64,000 nucleotides of DNA from Octopus vulgaris. Lineage: Eukaryota. Numbering within the stretch: the first letter of the stretch is position 1; every line of letters starts with the position of its first letter. Of the stretch, positions 1 through 13,101 are shown piece by piece. Under the pieces are notes generated by a model that searched no databases, was not told the DNA's origin, and saw only the letters and a program-made list of their open reading frames with translations. The position numbers were made by a program, and so were the translations under genes. The stretch is taken from NCBI GenBank assembly GCA_951406725.2, contig OX597816.1, positions 173,352,001 to 173,416,000 on the forward strand, in the 5' to 3' direction.

Positions 1-157
1 TGGCACTGTGTTGGTAAAACATGTAAGCTTTAGCTCCAGAAAAGTATTGCAGAACCTCACAGAAATTGATTTGAATAGAAGTAAAGTGGTCCCTAATGGA
101 AATATAGCTGAAAAGTACGAGCAGTACACCATACTTTTAAAGAATATTTATAAAGAA

Positions 158-641
158 TATAAACTCTTTATAAAGACGTATATTTGCCATTTAAATATGG
201 CTAACCCGTAAGGGTGGATGCTACTGTAGTTTGTAGCTACTGTTTATAACTCGCTCTGAGATTTATCATTGTTTGATTTCACTTTTTCGATATCAGTGTC
301 TTTACGATACTGGAAAAAGTATATGTATTTGTGAAGGGAACCTACTTTTCATTGACAATTGTGATTGTCATACGCCGATGACGAGTCAATACCTAGAAAC
401 TCGAGTCTGTGTGTATCATAAGTTGGAGATGGGAAGGGTGGCTTCCCTTTGCAAATACTGATAGGGCACAGAAAGTGTGTCTATAGCCAGCTGGAGGTGT
501 CCTCCTGGGGCTACAAACTACAGTAGCATCCACCCTTAAGGGTTAGCCATATTTAAATGGTAAATATACATCACAATGTGTTGCAGTTCCTGTTTATAAC
601 TCGCTCTAAAGATTTATTATTTCTTTATAAAGAGGTTTATA
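158..641 (+). mobile_element. Non-autonomous Penelope-like element with inverted and direct partial repeats
   Basis: Inverted repeat 175-237 / 510-572, direct repeat ~240-270 / ~590-622, internal hammerhead motif. Confidence 0.55.
369..413 (+). ncRNA. Minimal type-I hammerhead ribozyme motif (variant core CCGAUGA)
   Basis: catacg-CCGATGA-cgagtcaataccta-GAAAC-TCGA-GTC-tgtgtg. Stem I pairs with two G.U; stem III is the palindrome ACTCGAGT; stem II is degenerate. Confidence 0.6.
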
Positions 642-1112
642 TAAATAACATTTCTAAATAAGTACCAATTAGAAAATATAAATATCATGTAAGGTATAAT
701 AATAACAATTTCTTAAACCTATAATAAAACCCTTAATTAAGATTAGTTGCTAATAAAACTTTTGTTCCATAACTTAATTATTTCTTTAGCTGACATTAAA
801 CATCAGTCTTTATAGATATTACCGTGACAAGTAAATATAAATTTTAGTCTGACATTTTGAATTTTTCTAAAAATATCTTACCTATTGATGTTAATAAGCT
901 AAAGATAACTTACCATAGTTTTGGTATATAAACCATTTTACCCCTTCTCTATAATGTTCTACAAATGATTATTTATTTTATTTTATTTTCAACTAGCTCT
1001 TATTTATTTATTTACAAAATTACTCTTAGTCTTATATCTCTATAAATTTCATACTCAGCTTATATAAAACTATGCTGGTATATTCACTATTTAAAATAAA
1101 GGAAATATGCTT

Positions 1113-1920
1113 AGGGAACCTGTGGAAGATGTAGACCCAGGAAGACCTGGGATGAAGTGGTAAAGCACAACCTTCGAACTTTAGGCCTCACCAAGGAAAT
1201 GACTAGTGACTGAGACTTTTGGAAATATGCTGTGCTTAAGAAGACCCCACAAGCCAAATGAGACCATAACCTCATGGCCTATGCCAGGGGCATAACCAGC
1301 CCACTTATGCATACCTTTCCTTCTTTGGACACTAAACTCTGCTTGCTAAGACCTGTTGAGGCAAGTGAAATCAAAATCAAAATCAAATTCGATGACTGGC
1401 ATCTGTGCTAGCGGGGTGCAAAGAGCACCATATGAGTGTGATCGTTGACAGAGTGGCTAACTGGCTTCCGAGCCATTGGCACATAAAAGGCACCATTCGA
1501 GTGTGATCATTACCAGCGTCACCTTATTGGCACTTGTGCCCCATGCTAGTAGGGTGCTAAGAGCACCATCCGAGCGTGATCGTTGCCAGAGCAGCTAACT
1601 GGCTTCCGTGCCAGTGGCACGTAAAAGGCACCATTCAAGCGTGATCGTTACCAGCTTCGACTTACTGGCACCTGTGCCGGTGGCATGTGTAAAAAGATTC
1701 GAGCAAGGTTGTTGCCAGTACTACCTGACTGGCCCCGTGCCGGTGACACGTAAAAGTAAAAGAACCCACTACACTCTCGGAATGGTTGGTATTAGGAAGC
1801 TGTAGAAACTCTGCCAGATCAAGATTGGAGCCTGGTGCAGTCATCTGGTTCGCCAGCCCTCAGTCAAATCATCCAACCCATGCTAGCATGGAAAGCGGAT
1901 GTTAAACAATGATGATCATG
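1113..1920 (+). mobile_element. RTE LINE 3' fragment with tandem-repeat 3' UTR
   Basis: Matches 46996-47674: GRGRPRKTW-type C-terminus, ~60-bp repeat units, (GAT)n-like tail. Confidence 0.85.
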
Positions 1921-2635
1921 GTGCTTAGACTAGAATTGTTAATATTTAATATATAATTTTTAACATATTCTTTTACCTTAATTTTCCTTTATTAATACCA
2001 GTAAATATCATTTAATCAATAACTATAAATATATGTTAAGTTAGTATTTAAATATATAAATATTGAACTATTTCTATATTTTTTGTCCCTCTATTGTGTA
2101 AAATTTTGATATAGTCTGAAAGTATTCATAAATATTCTTCTTAGTATTCTTTAGATTAACTCTAAAATTTATCTGTGTATATACAAATAACAAAATTGTT
2201 TTATTGTAGGTAAATGTACTACTATATAAGACTTCCCCTGTCCCATAAGCATTGGTCTACTTAAGAGCAGCCAACATCTTGTTTGAAGTATTTTCTTACT
2301 GAGCCAAGTGACTTTGCTTCAAATAAATCTTGATTTATGACTATGCCACTTAAATTGTCTATCTACTTGCCCTACCCCAAAATGATACTACACTCTGTCT
2401 TCTCTCAGATTTGATTAACTAGCCTATAAATTAAAACTGACCCCCCCCCCCACCTATAATTAAATCTAAATAACAGAAATAATCAGTGAAAAGCAGTGTC
2501 TTTTTTGAAAAATTTCAGTTACAACTGTTAGGTTGTTGGTAAAACATGTTCTTTGTCTATCTACTTATCCTCTTGGTGATTTTGGATAAAAATATACTAA
2601 TGAATCCCTCGAATTTAATTAAATTCTATATTTTT

Positions 2636-2724
2636 GTGCAGCTGAAGATTGCTATACATTTTAAACTGATGTAATGTTTGCATTGTTCAATTAAATGGAG
2701 TTGCATGAAACGATCGTACTGCAT
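2636..2724 (+). ncRNA. Type-I hammerhead ribozyme motif with intact core and long stem-II loop
   Basis: gtgcag-CTGAAGA-tTGC[~50 nt]GCAt-GAAAC-GATC-GTA-ctgcat. Stem I is complementary, stem III is the palindrome ACGATCGT, predicted cleavage after A2718. Confidence 0.75.
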
Positions 2725-2778
2725 TACCTCTTGATATCCTTGTTGCTTATTTTGATTATATATATACACACATATATA

Positions 2779-2995
2779 TTTACTCTTTTACTCTTTTACT
2801 TGTTTCAGTCAGTTGACTGCAGCCATGCTGGAGCACAGCCTTTAGTCGAGCAACTCGACCCTGGGATTTATTCTTTGTAAGCCCAGTACTTATTCTATCG
2901 GTCTCTTTTGCCGAACCGCTAAGTGACAGGGACATAAACACACCAGCATCGGTTGTCAAGCAATGCTTGGGGGACAAACACAGACACACAAACAT

Positions 2996-3056
<61 letters not shown>

Positions 3057-3188
3057 CGACAGGCTTCTTTCAGTTTCCGTCTACCAAATCCACTCACAAG
3101 GCTTTGGTCGGCCCGAGGCTATAGCAGAAGACACTTGCCCAAGATGCCGCGCAGTGGGACTGAACCCGGAACCATGTGGTTGGTAAGC
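2779..3188 (-). mobile_element. tRNA-derived SINE family A (CORE-like), 5' truncated
   Basis: Near-identical to the other family A copies; internal (TA)n(TG)n and (GTAAAAGA)n tail. Confidence 0.9.
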
Positions 3189-3394
3189 ACACACATGTAT
3201 ATATGTATGTATTTCTATGTATATGAATATATAGGTTGCTCATCCCTGACATAGTCTCTCCCCTTTTCCCTAATCCTTGTCTATCTGTTTACCCCTCTCC
3301 CTGTAAAGTTTATACTGGTGTGGATATACATACAATATCTGCATGTTCATAACTATATAACCCACCCTTCCTCTGTTTCATCTTCCCCCTTTGT

Positions 3395-4060
3395 TTCTCC
3401 CTTTCCCACTTCTCCCTCCCACTCAGTCAATCTCCCCCTCTCTCTCTCTTTTTCTCCACCTCTTTTTCTTATTCTCTCCCTCTCTCGGCCTCCCTCTAAA
3501 GTCTATCTCTATGTAGATATACTTAAGCATATCTGCACATTCATAACTATACAACCCCACTCACCCTCCATCTCCCTTCTCTCTTTTTCTGCTCCTCTCC
3601 CTTTCTCTTTCCCTCTCTGTTGATCTACTTCTCTTTCTCTCTCTCTCTGCCTTACTCATCTCACCTCTCCCCCTCAGGTAAATCTCCATGTCTCTCAGTT
3701 CCTCTCTCTGCACGCTATTTTGCTCTCTTTCTCTCATGCACCTCTATTTCACTCTCTCCCTCTCTTACTCTATCTCCCTCCCTCTGCTGACTTGCCATTC
3801 TCTTTCTCTCTCTACCTCTCACCTCTCTCTTTCTTCCTTTCAGGTCAATCTCCTTGTCTCTCTTCTTCTCTCTGTTCCTCTATTTCGTTCACTCTCTCTC
3901 TTTCTCCTTCTCAGGGCAATCTTCTTTCTCCTCTTTTCTTTGTTCCTCTATTTCGTTCACTCTCTCTCTTTCTCCTTCTCAGGGAAATTTTCTTGTTTCT
4001 CCTCTTCTCTCTGTTCCTCTATTTCACTCTCTCTCCCTCCCTCTCTTTCCCCATATCCCT
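3395..4060. repeat. CT-rich low-complexity tract with ~65-bp tandem units (3830-4030)
   Basis: Recurrent ctctctctttctccttctcaggg...gttcctctatttcgttcact. Confidence 0.8.
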
Positions 4061-4061
4061 A

Positions 4062-6030
4062 GCAAAGATGTCACAAGATTGGTCAATAAAAGAACTGCAA
4101 TTATTCATGCACGCTTGGAAAATTGCCATAGGTGACCCACCAAACAACAACAGCAGCAATGATTTTCCAAGAAGCACAGCCCAGATAGAGCAGAAGAAAA
4201 GTAAATTCCTCCATTCTTATGCTCTAATTAGATTGCACATGGGCACCCTTGACATTATCCTGGGAGATGACTACACCAAGGATGACAAAAAGGATGGAGA
4301 AAGCCACCAGGGCCCAACAGTTCCTCAAAAGAACAAAACAAAAGCCACGACTGAGATAGCTGTAAATGAGGGAAGCACTAATACTGGTCAGGCTCCCAAA
4401 ATGTCAGAAGACCAAAGAGATGTGAGGGCCAAAAGAGGATTAGATGAACATAAAACCAACAGAACAAAAGCTGTCAGAAGCAAAGAAAAGTGAAGAGTTA
4501 AAGAAAAGGAAAAGGAAAAAACAACAAAAGTTACAAGGATAAAAGTAGGAGAATCTGCAAATTTTACCTGCAAGGATATTGCTGGCATGGTAATGATAGT
4601 GCAAACTGATGATAGTGCACATCAGAAGCCCTGCCAAAACTACATGGATCCAAGATAATACTCCCTTCCACAAGGAGACAAAAGGAAAGGCACCAAAGTA
4701 GAGAAAATGGTGCAGTGTCTACTCCCGAAAGACAATATGTGGATTTAATGTGTGGCCCAACAAACAGCCAGCTGACCGACACCCTGCATAGATTTTGAAA
4801 AAGTAAAAGCTATCTAACATACCTCTTGCAACACTATGACTGGATGTTAAAACAGCAGCTAAATGACTCAAAGCGTGGATGTGATATATCTCACTTTGCA
4901 AAAGCCTTTGATAAAGTTAACCATGCTATGATATGTCACAAACTGTATGATCTTGGCATAAGCAGAAAACTTGGAGAGTAGCTGCATGACTTTCTAAAAG
5001 ATAGGCGTTAGGCAGTGGTGGCCAACAGAGCTACTTCCAAGGAAATACAAATAGCAAGTGGTGTTCCACAAGGCACTATCTTAGGGCCACTGCTATTCAT
5101 AGTGGTCCTCTTAGACATGACCTCAGCTGCTCAGATAGCCACCCTTGCTAGCTATGCAGATGACACAAAAGTCTCTCAGACAATACAAAATCCTGGAAAT
5201 ATTGCACATCTGCAACAGGAGTTGGATGCAATATACAAGTGGACTGAGGAAAACAACATGCCATTTAATGCAGGAAAATTCCAGGCCTTGCACTTCTAGC
5301 ACACAAAGTTAAATGACATGCAGACAGGATACACTGGCCCAGGAGGAATTGCAATCCCTAAATCAAAATCAGTGCATGACCTGGGCACTGACATGAGCAA
5401 TGATGCATCTTTTCAAGTGCATATTACCAACTTGGTAATAAAATGCAGACAGCTAGCTGGATGGATCCTCCAAACTTTCAAAACAAGATAAAAGGAGACA
5501 TTGATGGTCCTTTAGAGGACATACATCCTAAGCTGCTTGGACTACTGCTCTCAACTATGGTCACCACACGATATAAAATTCACAGCAGAACTCAAAGCAA
5601 TCCAACAAAGCTACGCAAAGAAAATCGTCTCAATGCAACATATCAGCTACTGAGAAAGACTGAACGAATCAAACTCTCCTCCTTAGAATGAAGGCAGGAA
5701 AGACATGCAGTGATATACATTTGGAAAATCCTAGAAGGCCTTGTACCAAACTTTGGCATTGAAAGTTACTCAAACAGCAGAACAGAGTGCCACTGCACAG
5801 TACCAAAGATTCTAGCATTGCCATCAAAATACAGGACCAGATTACTTCAACAGCTTGGGCTTCTAGAGCCCACAGCTCTTCAATATCCATCCAAAATGCC
5901 TGAGAGACTTGCATGGTGTGGATGTGTCTTTAAAACAAAACCGGATCTCTTGCTGTTAAGAGTTCCAGACAAACCTACCTCACAGCAGGAAACACAGATG
6001 AGGGCAGCAGCATCAAACTCTCTCACTGAC
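4062..6030 (+). mobile_element. Decayed CR1-clade LINE (ORF1 remnant plus reverse transcriptase)
   Basis: RT motifs FAKAFDKV, SGVPQGTILGPLLF, YADDTK and W...NNMPFN..K with stops and frameshifts; upstream CKFYLQGYCWHG zinc-finger-like remnant near 4555. Confidence 0.85.
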
Positions 6031-6069
6031 CCAATTTTATTCCCACAGAAATTCCTTCCAGTACCCCGA

Positions 6070-6296
6070 AAACAGCAAAGCATGTCTGGGAATTGAAAGA
6101 AAATGAAACCCACCCTTTCAATGTAACATGGAAAATCTTAGACAAAGCATCAGCTTACAGACATGGAGCTCATAAAAGACCTATCAAATGCAATTTATGC
6201 CTTTCAGAAAAATTCTTTATCTTGTTCCAGGATAAAAGCACTTTAAGCCAGAGATGCGAACTTTTAAATTCCTGCAGGCATGCAACAAAATTTTAA
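6070..6296 (+). mobile_element. Penelope-like element GIY-YIG C-terminal fragment
   Basis: KHVWELK...WKIL..A..Y....K CNLCLSEK..I...R.EL..SCRH..K, typical of the PLE endonuclease C-terminus. Confidence 0.8.
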
Positions 6297-7499
6297 ATGT
6301 CAACCGACAAAATACCATATGGATAGTATGCTTTGACTTTTGAATTATTTTCGACTGCTACTTTTGAATTTGTCTTTGTAATGTACGGTTGTTTTGCATT
6401 GCCACGATATTGAATATATTTTGACTCATTCTTTAAGAAGACCTTTGACTATTTTACATATTTCCAAGCTTAGGCTTTGCTAAGATTTTTATTATTATTA
6501 TTTTATTTTTTATTCTCATTATTTTTTGATATTTTATTTTATTGAATTTTACAAGCCTATTTAATTGTTACATTTAATTTGTAGATGATTCCTTATATGG
6601 TGTTGCATTTTAAAACGCCTTTTTATCTGTATTTTGATTTTATATACACCAAGCAGCTTTTGAAATTGCTTGTATATACATTATGATGTAGATGTGTCAC
6701 TGTATATTTGTCTTTATGTGTATATATGTATTGTGGGTGTACATATGTATGTGTATGTGTCCGTACATGTATGTGTGTAAGTATACGTGTATGTTTATAT
6801 TTATGTGCATACGCACATGGATGTATATGTATATGTGTATATACTTATGCTTATGTGAGCATGTATTCGCATGCATATTTTTGAATATTTATAAATGTAA
6901 TCATGTGTATTTGTATGCATATCTATAGTTATGTGTATATATATATATATATACGTAATTTTGCTTCACGTGTGCATTCGTTGAATGCAATTCGTAAAGT
7001 CTCTCTCCTTTCTTTTGTAGCAATCTCTTTCTCTCAGTTTTCTGTTTCTGTTTCAGTAACTTTTACTTCTTTTCTTTTCACTGTTTCACTCCCTCCTCCC
7101 TATGCTTAATGTGCCTCCCATCTCTTTCGCCGGTAGAGATTTTGTGCACGTGTATGTGTGTATGTACATGTGTATTTGTGTATATATTCATGTCTCACCT
7201 ATATATGTCTATATATGTATATAACTATGTATAATCAATTCTTAAACTTGAGTTTCTAAATTAAGATTAAAAGTTTACAATAATACCATCTAATATTATA
7301 CTATAGATTTTTATTAAGAAACTAAAATATCTGAAATTAGAAGTTAATTAAATATTATCTTACATTTATATATAAATAAGTAGATATATTCTAGTTATAC
7401 TAAATAATAAAATATGATTATACATTATATCTAAGTATTATGATTAAATTTTATTTGATTTAAAATTAGGGTTTTATTTAATTTCTAAAGAATCAAATG

Positions 7500-7690
7500 T
7501 TATCTCATCTTATTAAATAGGCAGTTCAGTTTATGTTTACATTTAATTTTTCGTTCATTCTGAGTGTTGATCAGTATTATTTTAGCCATAAATTCATGTG
7601 TACACAGAAGACAGAATTCATTACCTATTCTACATGATTTAGTTTTTAATTCCCATATATATTTACTTAAACCCGTCGAGTTCTTCAATT
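7500..7690 (-). mobile_element. Degenerate Penelope-like GIY-YIG fragment
   Basis: NSTGLSKYIWELK...CLLC..E...CKH motif. Confidence 0.6.
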
Positions 7691-7961
7691 TTTTTATTCT
7701 TAAAAATAATAAGAATTGTAATAAGAATTGTAGGTATTAATTTTGATAATTTTAATATGTAGTCCTATATGTACCTATTGTGGATAATGTCATTCAATGA
7801 TGATTGAGTTGCTAGAGGGTGATTCTGTCTCTTAAACCTATCTATTTATATGCATATAATACATTTTAGTGCCACTAAATTGAACTTCTCTCTCCTGTGG
7901 ACTCAGAAATAACTTCCCAAATATTAATAATATGTGTATGTATGTATGTATATATATATAT

Positions 7962-8800
7962 AGCCTGGGCAAAGTTCAGAAAGTTCCTACCTCTCACTCA
8001 GAGTGAAAGGTAGAATGTATAATGCATGTGTGTGAACCACCATGCTAAACTGCAGTGAAATATGGGTCATGACTGCTGAGGTCATGCATAGGCTTGAAAG
8101 AAACAAAGCTAGTATGATCCACTGGATGTATAATGTCACTGTGCATACACAACAGAGTGTAAATGCCCTTAAAGAAATGTTGGACATAGAAGCATCAGAT
8201 GTGGTGAGCAAGAGACAACTGCACCAGTATGGTCATGTGTTGCATATAGATGAGGACAGCTGTGTAAAGAAGTGTCAACACCCTAACAGTCAAAGGAACC
8301 TGTGGAAGAGGTAGATTCAGGAAGACATAGGATGAAGTGGTAAAGCATGACCTTCAAATGTTGAACCTCACAGAGGCAACAACAAGAGACTGAGGCCTTT
8401 GGAGATATGCTGTGATTGAGAAGACTCAGCTAATAAAGTGAAGTCGCAGCCATGGCCAATGCCAGTGTTGCATAACCATCCCATTTAAAAGTACCTTTGA
8501 AGAATCGGGCAATATGCTGTTCTTGAGAAGACTTGTTAACTCAAGTGAAATCAAAATCATAATCATGGTCAGTGCTGCCTGACTGGTACCATTTTGGTGG
8601 AACATAATAGCACCATTCGATCATGGGTCGATGCTAGTGCTACCTGACCGGCTCTCCCTCCTGGTGGGAATTAAAAAGCTCCATTCAAACATGGTCGATG
8701 CCAGTGCCCCCTGACTGGCTTGCATGCTGAAGCCACGTAAAAAGCACCCACTACACTCTCAGAGTTGGTTGGAGTTAGGAAGGGTATCCAGATGTAGAAA
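7962..8800 (+). mobile_element. Decayed RTE LINE 3' fragment
   Basis: AWAKFR, SEIW and YGHV motifs; 3' UTR like 47150-47560. Confidence 0.8.
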
Positions 8801-9520
8801 ATGCCTCCATCACAGATGAAACTACTACAAGAATTTAGAACAACTCCAACCATTAAATAGCTGAAAGATTAAAATTAATCAAATTAAAATTGATACACTA
8901 AGTAATAACAGAGCCAATGATATCTTCACAAATAATTTCTTGTGAATTATTTGCTCTGTATTGAAATTATTTTCACAGTGGTGGCCACCAGGATTCAGTT
9001 GAAAAGGAATCAGTTCCAGTGCAGACTCCAATGTAACAGGTTGGGGCTCTCTGTCATTGTAAAACATGCTGAGGTAGGTGAGGCTATTATGCCAGTCCAG
9101 AAACCGATCCACGTGAGTCCAAATGCTTGAATGTATGCTGAGAGATTGTCTCAGCCTGTTTGCCTTTGGACAGTTGATTTCTGTAGTTATTTTGACAATT
9201 TGAATGAGTCTTGACTATTATTTCCAGCAGGTAAACATACTTAGTACGTCCTTTGATTAATTTTAATCTTTCAGCTATTTAATGCTTTTTTGGGGCCTGC
9301 AATCGCCAATATTATTGATTCTGTTATTAGCATTTTTAAATTGTTATACTAGATTATAATAGAGTCAATGATATCTTCACAAATATATTCTTGTGAATTA
9401 TTTGCTCTGTATATATACATGTACATATATAAACATATACATCTATATATATATACACAAATAAATATATATATACACATATACATTTATATATAAACAT
9501 ATACAGATGTATATACATAC

Positions 9521-9584
<64 letters not shown>

Positions 9585-9588
<4 letters not shown>

Positions 9589-9708
9589 TATTATATAGAA
9601 GGAGCTTCTACAGGACTAGAACTGTTTCATTCAAGAGAAATCTTCAGGAAGATTTCTCTTGAATGAAACAGTTCTAGTCCTGTAGAAGCTCCTTCTATAT
9701 AATAAATT
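9585..9708. repeat. 61-bp-arm palindrome with 2-nt spacer next to (TA)n
   Basis: 9585-9645 is the reverse complement of 9648-9708. Confidence 0.9.
9608..9647 (-). ncRNA. Truncated hammerhead motif at centre of palindrome
   Basis: Minus strand reads CTGAAGA-tTTC-tctt-GAAt-GAAAC-agttcta-GTC-ctgtag. The 5' strand of stem I is lost at the fold-back junction. Confidence 0.5.
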
Positions 9709-9773
9709 AATTTTACTCTGCTATGTATTGAGTACCTTATTTACTGTGGTTAACCCCGAATCAACCCGGAACC

Positions 9774-9815
<42 letters not shown>

Positions 9816-10215
9816 TAATAATAATAACGGGTAAAATTAATTAATTAATTAATAATTAATAATTTTACCAAGTAGTCCGGTATGTTAAAAGAACCATTAT
9901 TGGTAAACTTATACAAAAATTCTATAATTATGAGTATAATTATAATTAGGGTTGAGCAAAATTTGCTTCACCACATACCAAAATTTAGAAATAGCAGTTA
10001 AAAACTACTATTCTACTACTATATCTCCCAGACAGCAATACTCAACAATTCATGCAGGTAAAGAGAAAAAATAATGAATCTACCCATCTCTGATTAACTG
10101 TATATGCGTTTCAGAGTTAGAGAGATGTGAAAAATGTGAAATCATATTTCTACTCACTCACCCACCTCATAGGTAGAGTAATTCAAATTTTGAACTTGAG
10201 AGCAAATTTACATTT

Positions 10216-10321
<106 letters not shown>

Positions 10322-10340
10322 GTGTATATATATATATATA

Positions 10341-11983
10341 TCTCTTATGATAAAAAGCAGATTTTCTCTGCCTGTTCCCATGCTCCTTTTTAATACAATT
10401 CTACAATATAGAATTTCTTCAATTGGAATTTACCTATGATTTTTCCAAGTAGATTCGATTGGGTCATGGCATGTAAAGTTTTTTCAATTTGACCACCAAT
10501 TAAGCAAAAATTTGAGAAAACTCAATATTTTACGATTTGCCTCTTTCATTTCAAGTGCTTCACTCCTTCCATTACCACCACACTTTCTTCTACTTTCTCT
10601 TTGCAAGTGTGTAACAATTAAAGTGAAAGTATTTATATAACAGGGATGAGCCATTAATACTGGTCATCCTTTTTGCTAGAGGAAGATCTGCTATGGTCTT
10701 ATATGCTACACCACTGGTTTTCAATTCATATTAATCAAATTAATATTCAGTTTTTCACCCTTATTATGTGTGTGTGTGTGTGTGTGTATTAGCAATTCGT
10801 ATAAAATTGCATCAATGACTTGAACTTGAATAAGTGGTTTCACATAAATGGGGATAAATTAAAAAGGTTTGTTGTTATTATTATTACTGTTTGACTATTG
10901 TAATCACGTTTGTTGGTTCCTCGTCAGGGAAACGTTGTTGTGTTGCATTTGTTAAGTAATTGTAAACCGTAACCCTCCCCCTTTCGGAGAAGGGGCTTTG
11001 GTTATTGTTTAAAAATTGAATTGTGTCCCTGTTTGGGGAAATTGACAATATTTTCACCGTCTTTACGGAAGCATTTTTGTTAAAATGCCTTCGATAGAAG
11101 AAAGTCCAAAAATGAATTTCGCTGCAGCCATACACTTCTATACAAGAGGGAGGACAAGATCCAATTGATCAAAATTGCAAGAGACGGGCCTACAATTCCA
11201 GTCTGTTATATATTTTGAGTATTGTTATCACTAGCGATATCAAGATATAACTTTGTATTTTGTATTTTATGTGTAGATGTATATATATATAGATGTACAT
11301 GTAATATGTACACATATATATATACACATATATACATGCATAATATATCTAGCCATACACACATATGCACACACAGACATACATAGGGGCAGGTGTGGCT
11401 GTGTGGTAACAAACTACGTTCCAAACACATGGTCCTGGGTTCAGTCCCACAGTGTGGTGACTTGGCATGTGTCTTCTGCTGTAGTTTCAGACCAACAAAA
11501 GCCTTCTCAGTGGATTTTGTACATATATACAGGTATACATACATATATAAACATGCATATTCTATATTTTATAAATTACCCATATTTACTTACCCATGCT
11601 TCATTCCCCTCTTGCCTACATAGGGCATCCATTCTCTTTTAACACAGCATGAAGTTTTGTAACAGCACATCCGCTGCCGTTCGTGGAAAACGAAGAGACC
11701 CTATTTATCTGCGAACGTTTTACACCGCCTTCAACGACTATCAAATTCTTACAATTATGAGAACAATAACATGGCTCTTTTCAAGGCAACCTCGCATTCA
11801 ATTCTTACACCATTCTACGAGGGCATAGGAACCCCTTTACACGGCTTTCTATACACTTATAAATACATTCATTCGCCGTAAACTTATATCAATATTTGCC
11901 TGAATAATCATCATAATTCAGTGCAATCATTAACAGTACTTTCAAGCAATTCAGCCCCGAGCATTGCCAGGAAATTCTGCTAG
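10341..11983 (+). mobile_element. Non-autonomous Helitron (long type)
   Basis: A|TC 5' end shared with the 27711-29384 element; 3' hairpin cccgagcattgccagg then CTAG|T. Confidence 0.65.
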
Positions 11984-12189
11984 TATATTTATATATATAT
12001 ATCTATACATATGTATGTATATATATATATAAATATATATATATATATGTATTTTCTATTTCTATTTCTTGTTATATTTGTACTATATCAATGTATAATA
12101 TCATTGCTGTGGTGTATTGGTTTAATAAAGTATTGATTGGGTATTATCTGATGGTTGATGATTGATTTAGGTATGTTTCTCCATTTTCT

Positions 12190-12195
<6 letters not shown>

Positions 12196-12268
<73 letters not shown>

Positions 12269-12311
12269 CATATATATATATACATATATATATACATATA
12301 TATATATATAA

Positions 12312-12352
<41 letters not shown>

Positions 12353-12530
12353 TATACATATGTATATATATATATATATATACATACTATATATACATAT
12401 ATATATATATATCTATACACATATATATATATAATACATACATATATATATATATATAGACATACATATATATATACATATATATATATATACATATATA
12501 TATATACATACATATATATATATACATACG

Positions 12531-12607
<77 letters not shown>
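12196..12607. repeat. Compound (TA)n/(TACA) microsatellite
   Basis: Directly visible; source of the spurious YIYI ORFs. Confidence 0.95.
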
Positions 12608-12609
<2 letters not shown>

Positions 12610-12623
12610 ATATATACATATAC

Positions 12624-12898
12624 AGGCACAGGTGTAGCTGAGTGGTAAGTAGCTTGCTTCCTAACAAATAGTTCAGTCTCCCAGTATGGCACCTTGGGCA
12701 AGTGTCTTCTACTATAGTTTCGGCCGATCAAAGCCTTGTGAGCGGATTTGGTAGACAGAAACTGAAAGAAGTCCATTGTATATATATGTATATATATGTT
12801 TTTGTGTCTGTGTTTGTGTTCCTACCATCACTAAACAACCAATGTTTGTTTGGCAAAGGAGATTGATGGAATATGTACTAGGCTTACAAAGAATAAGT

Positions 12899-12900
<2 letters not shown>
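12624..12900 (+). mobile_element. Diverged SINE family A
   Basis: tRNA-like head, ccttgggcaagtgtc core, internal deletions. Confidence 0.8.
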
Positions 12901-12940
<40 letters not shown>

Positions 12941-13101
12941 AAATGAGAAAATGGAGAAATATATCTAAATCAATCATCAACTATCAGATAATACCCAATC
13001 AATACTGTATTAAACCATTACACAATAGCAATGATATTATACATTAATATAGTACAAATATAACAAGACATAGAAATAGAAATAGAAATGCATTTACATC
13101 G

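Noticed and set aside
3720-4493. 257-aa ORF
   Set aside because: CT low-complexity sequence running into a CR1 ORF1 remnant.
8979-9230. Plus-strand exon-like segment (tttcacag ... CAG|gtaaac)
   Set aside because: Stops in all three frames and lies inside a repeat-bounded element.
10905-10935. Minus-strand CTGACGA motif
   Set aside because: No GAAA or stem III at a usable distance.
12088-12776. Long YIYI/CVCV ORFs here and throughout the ORF track
   Set aside because: Translations of (TA)n/(TG)n microsatellites and SINEs, not genes.
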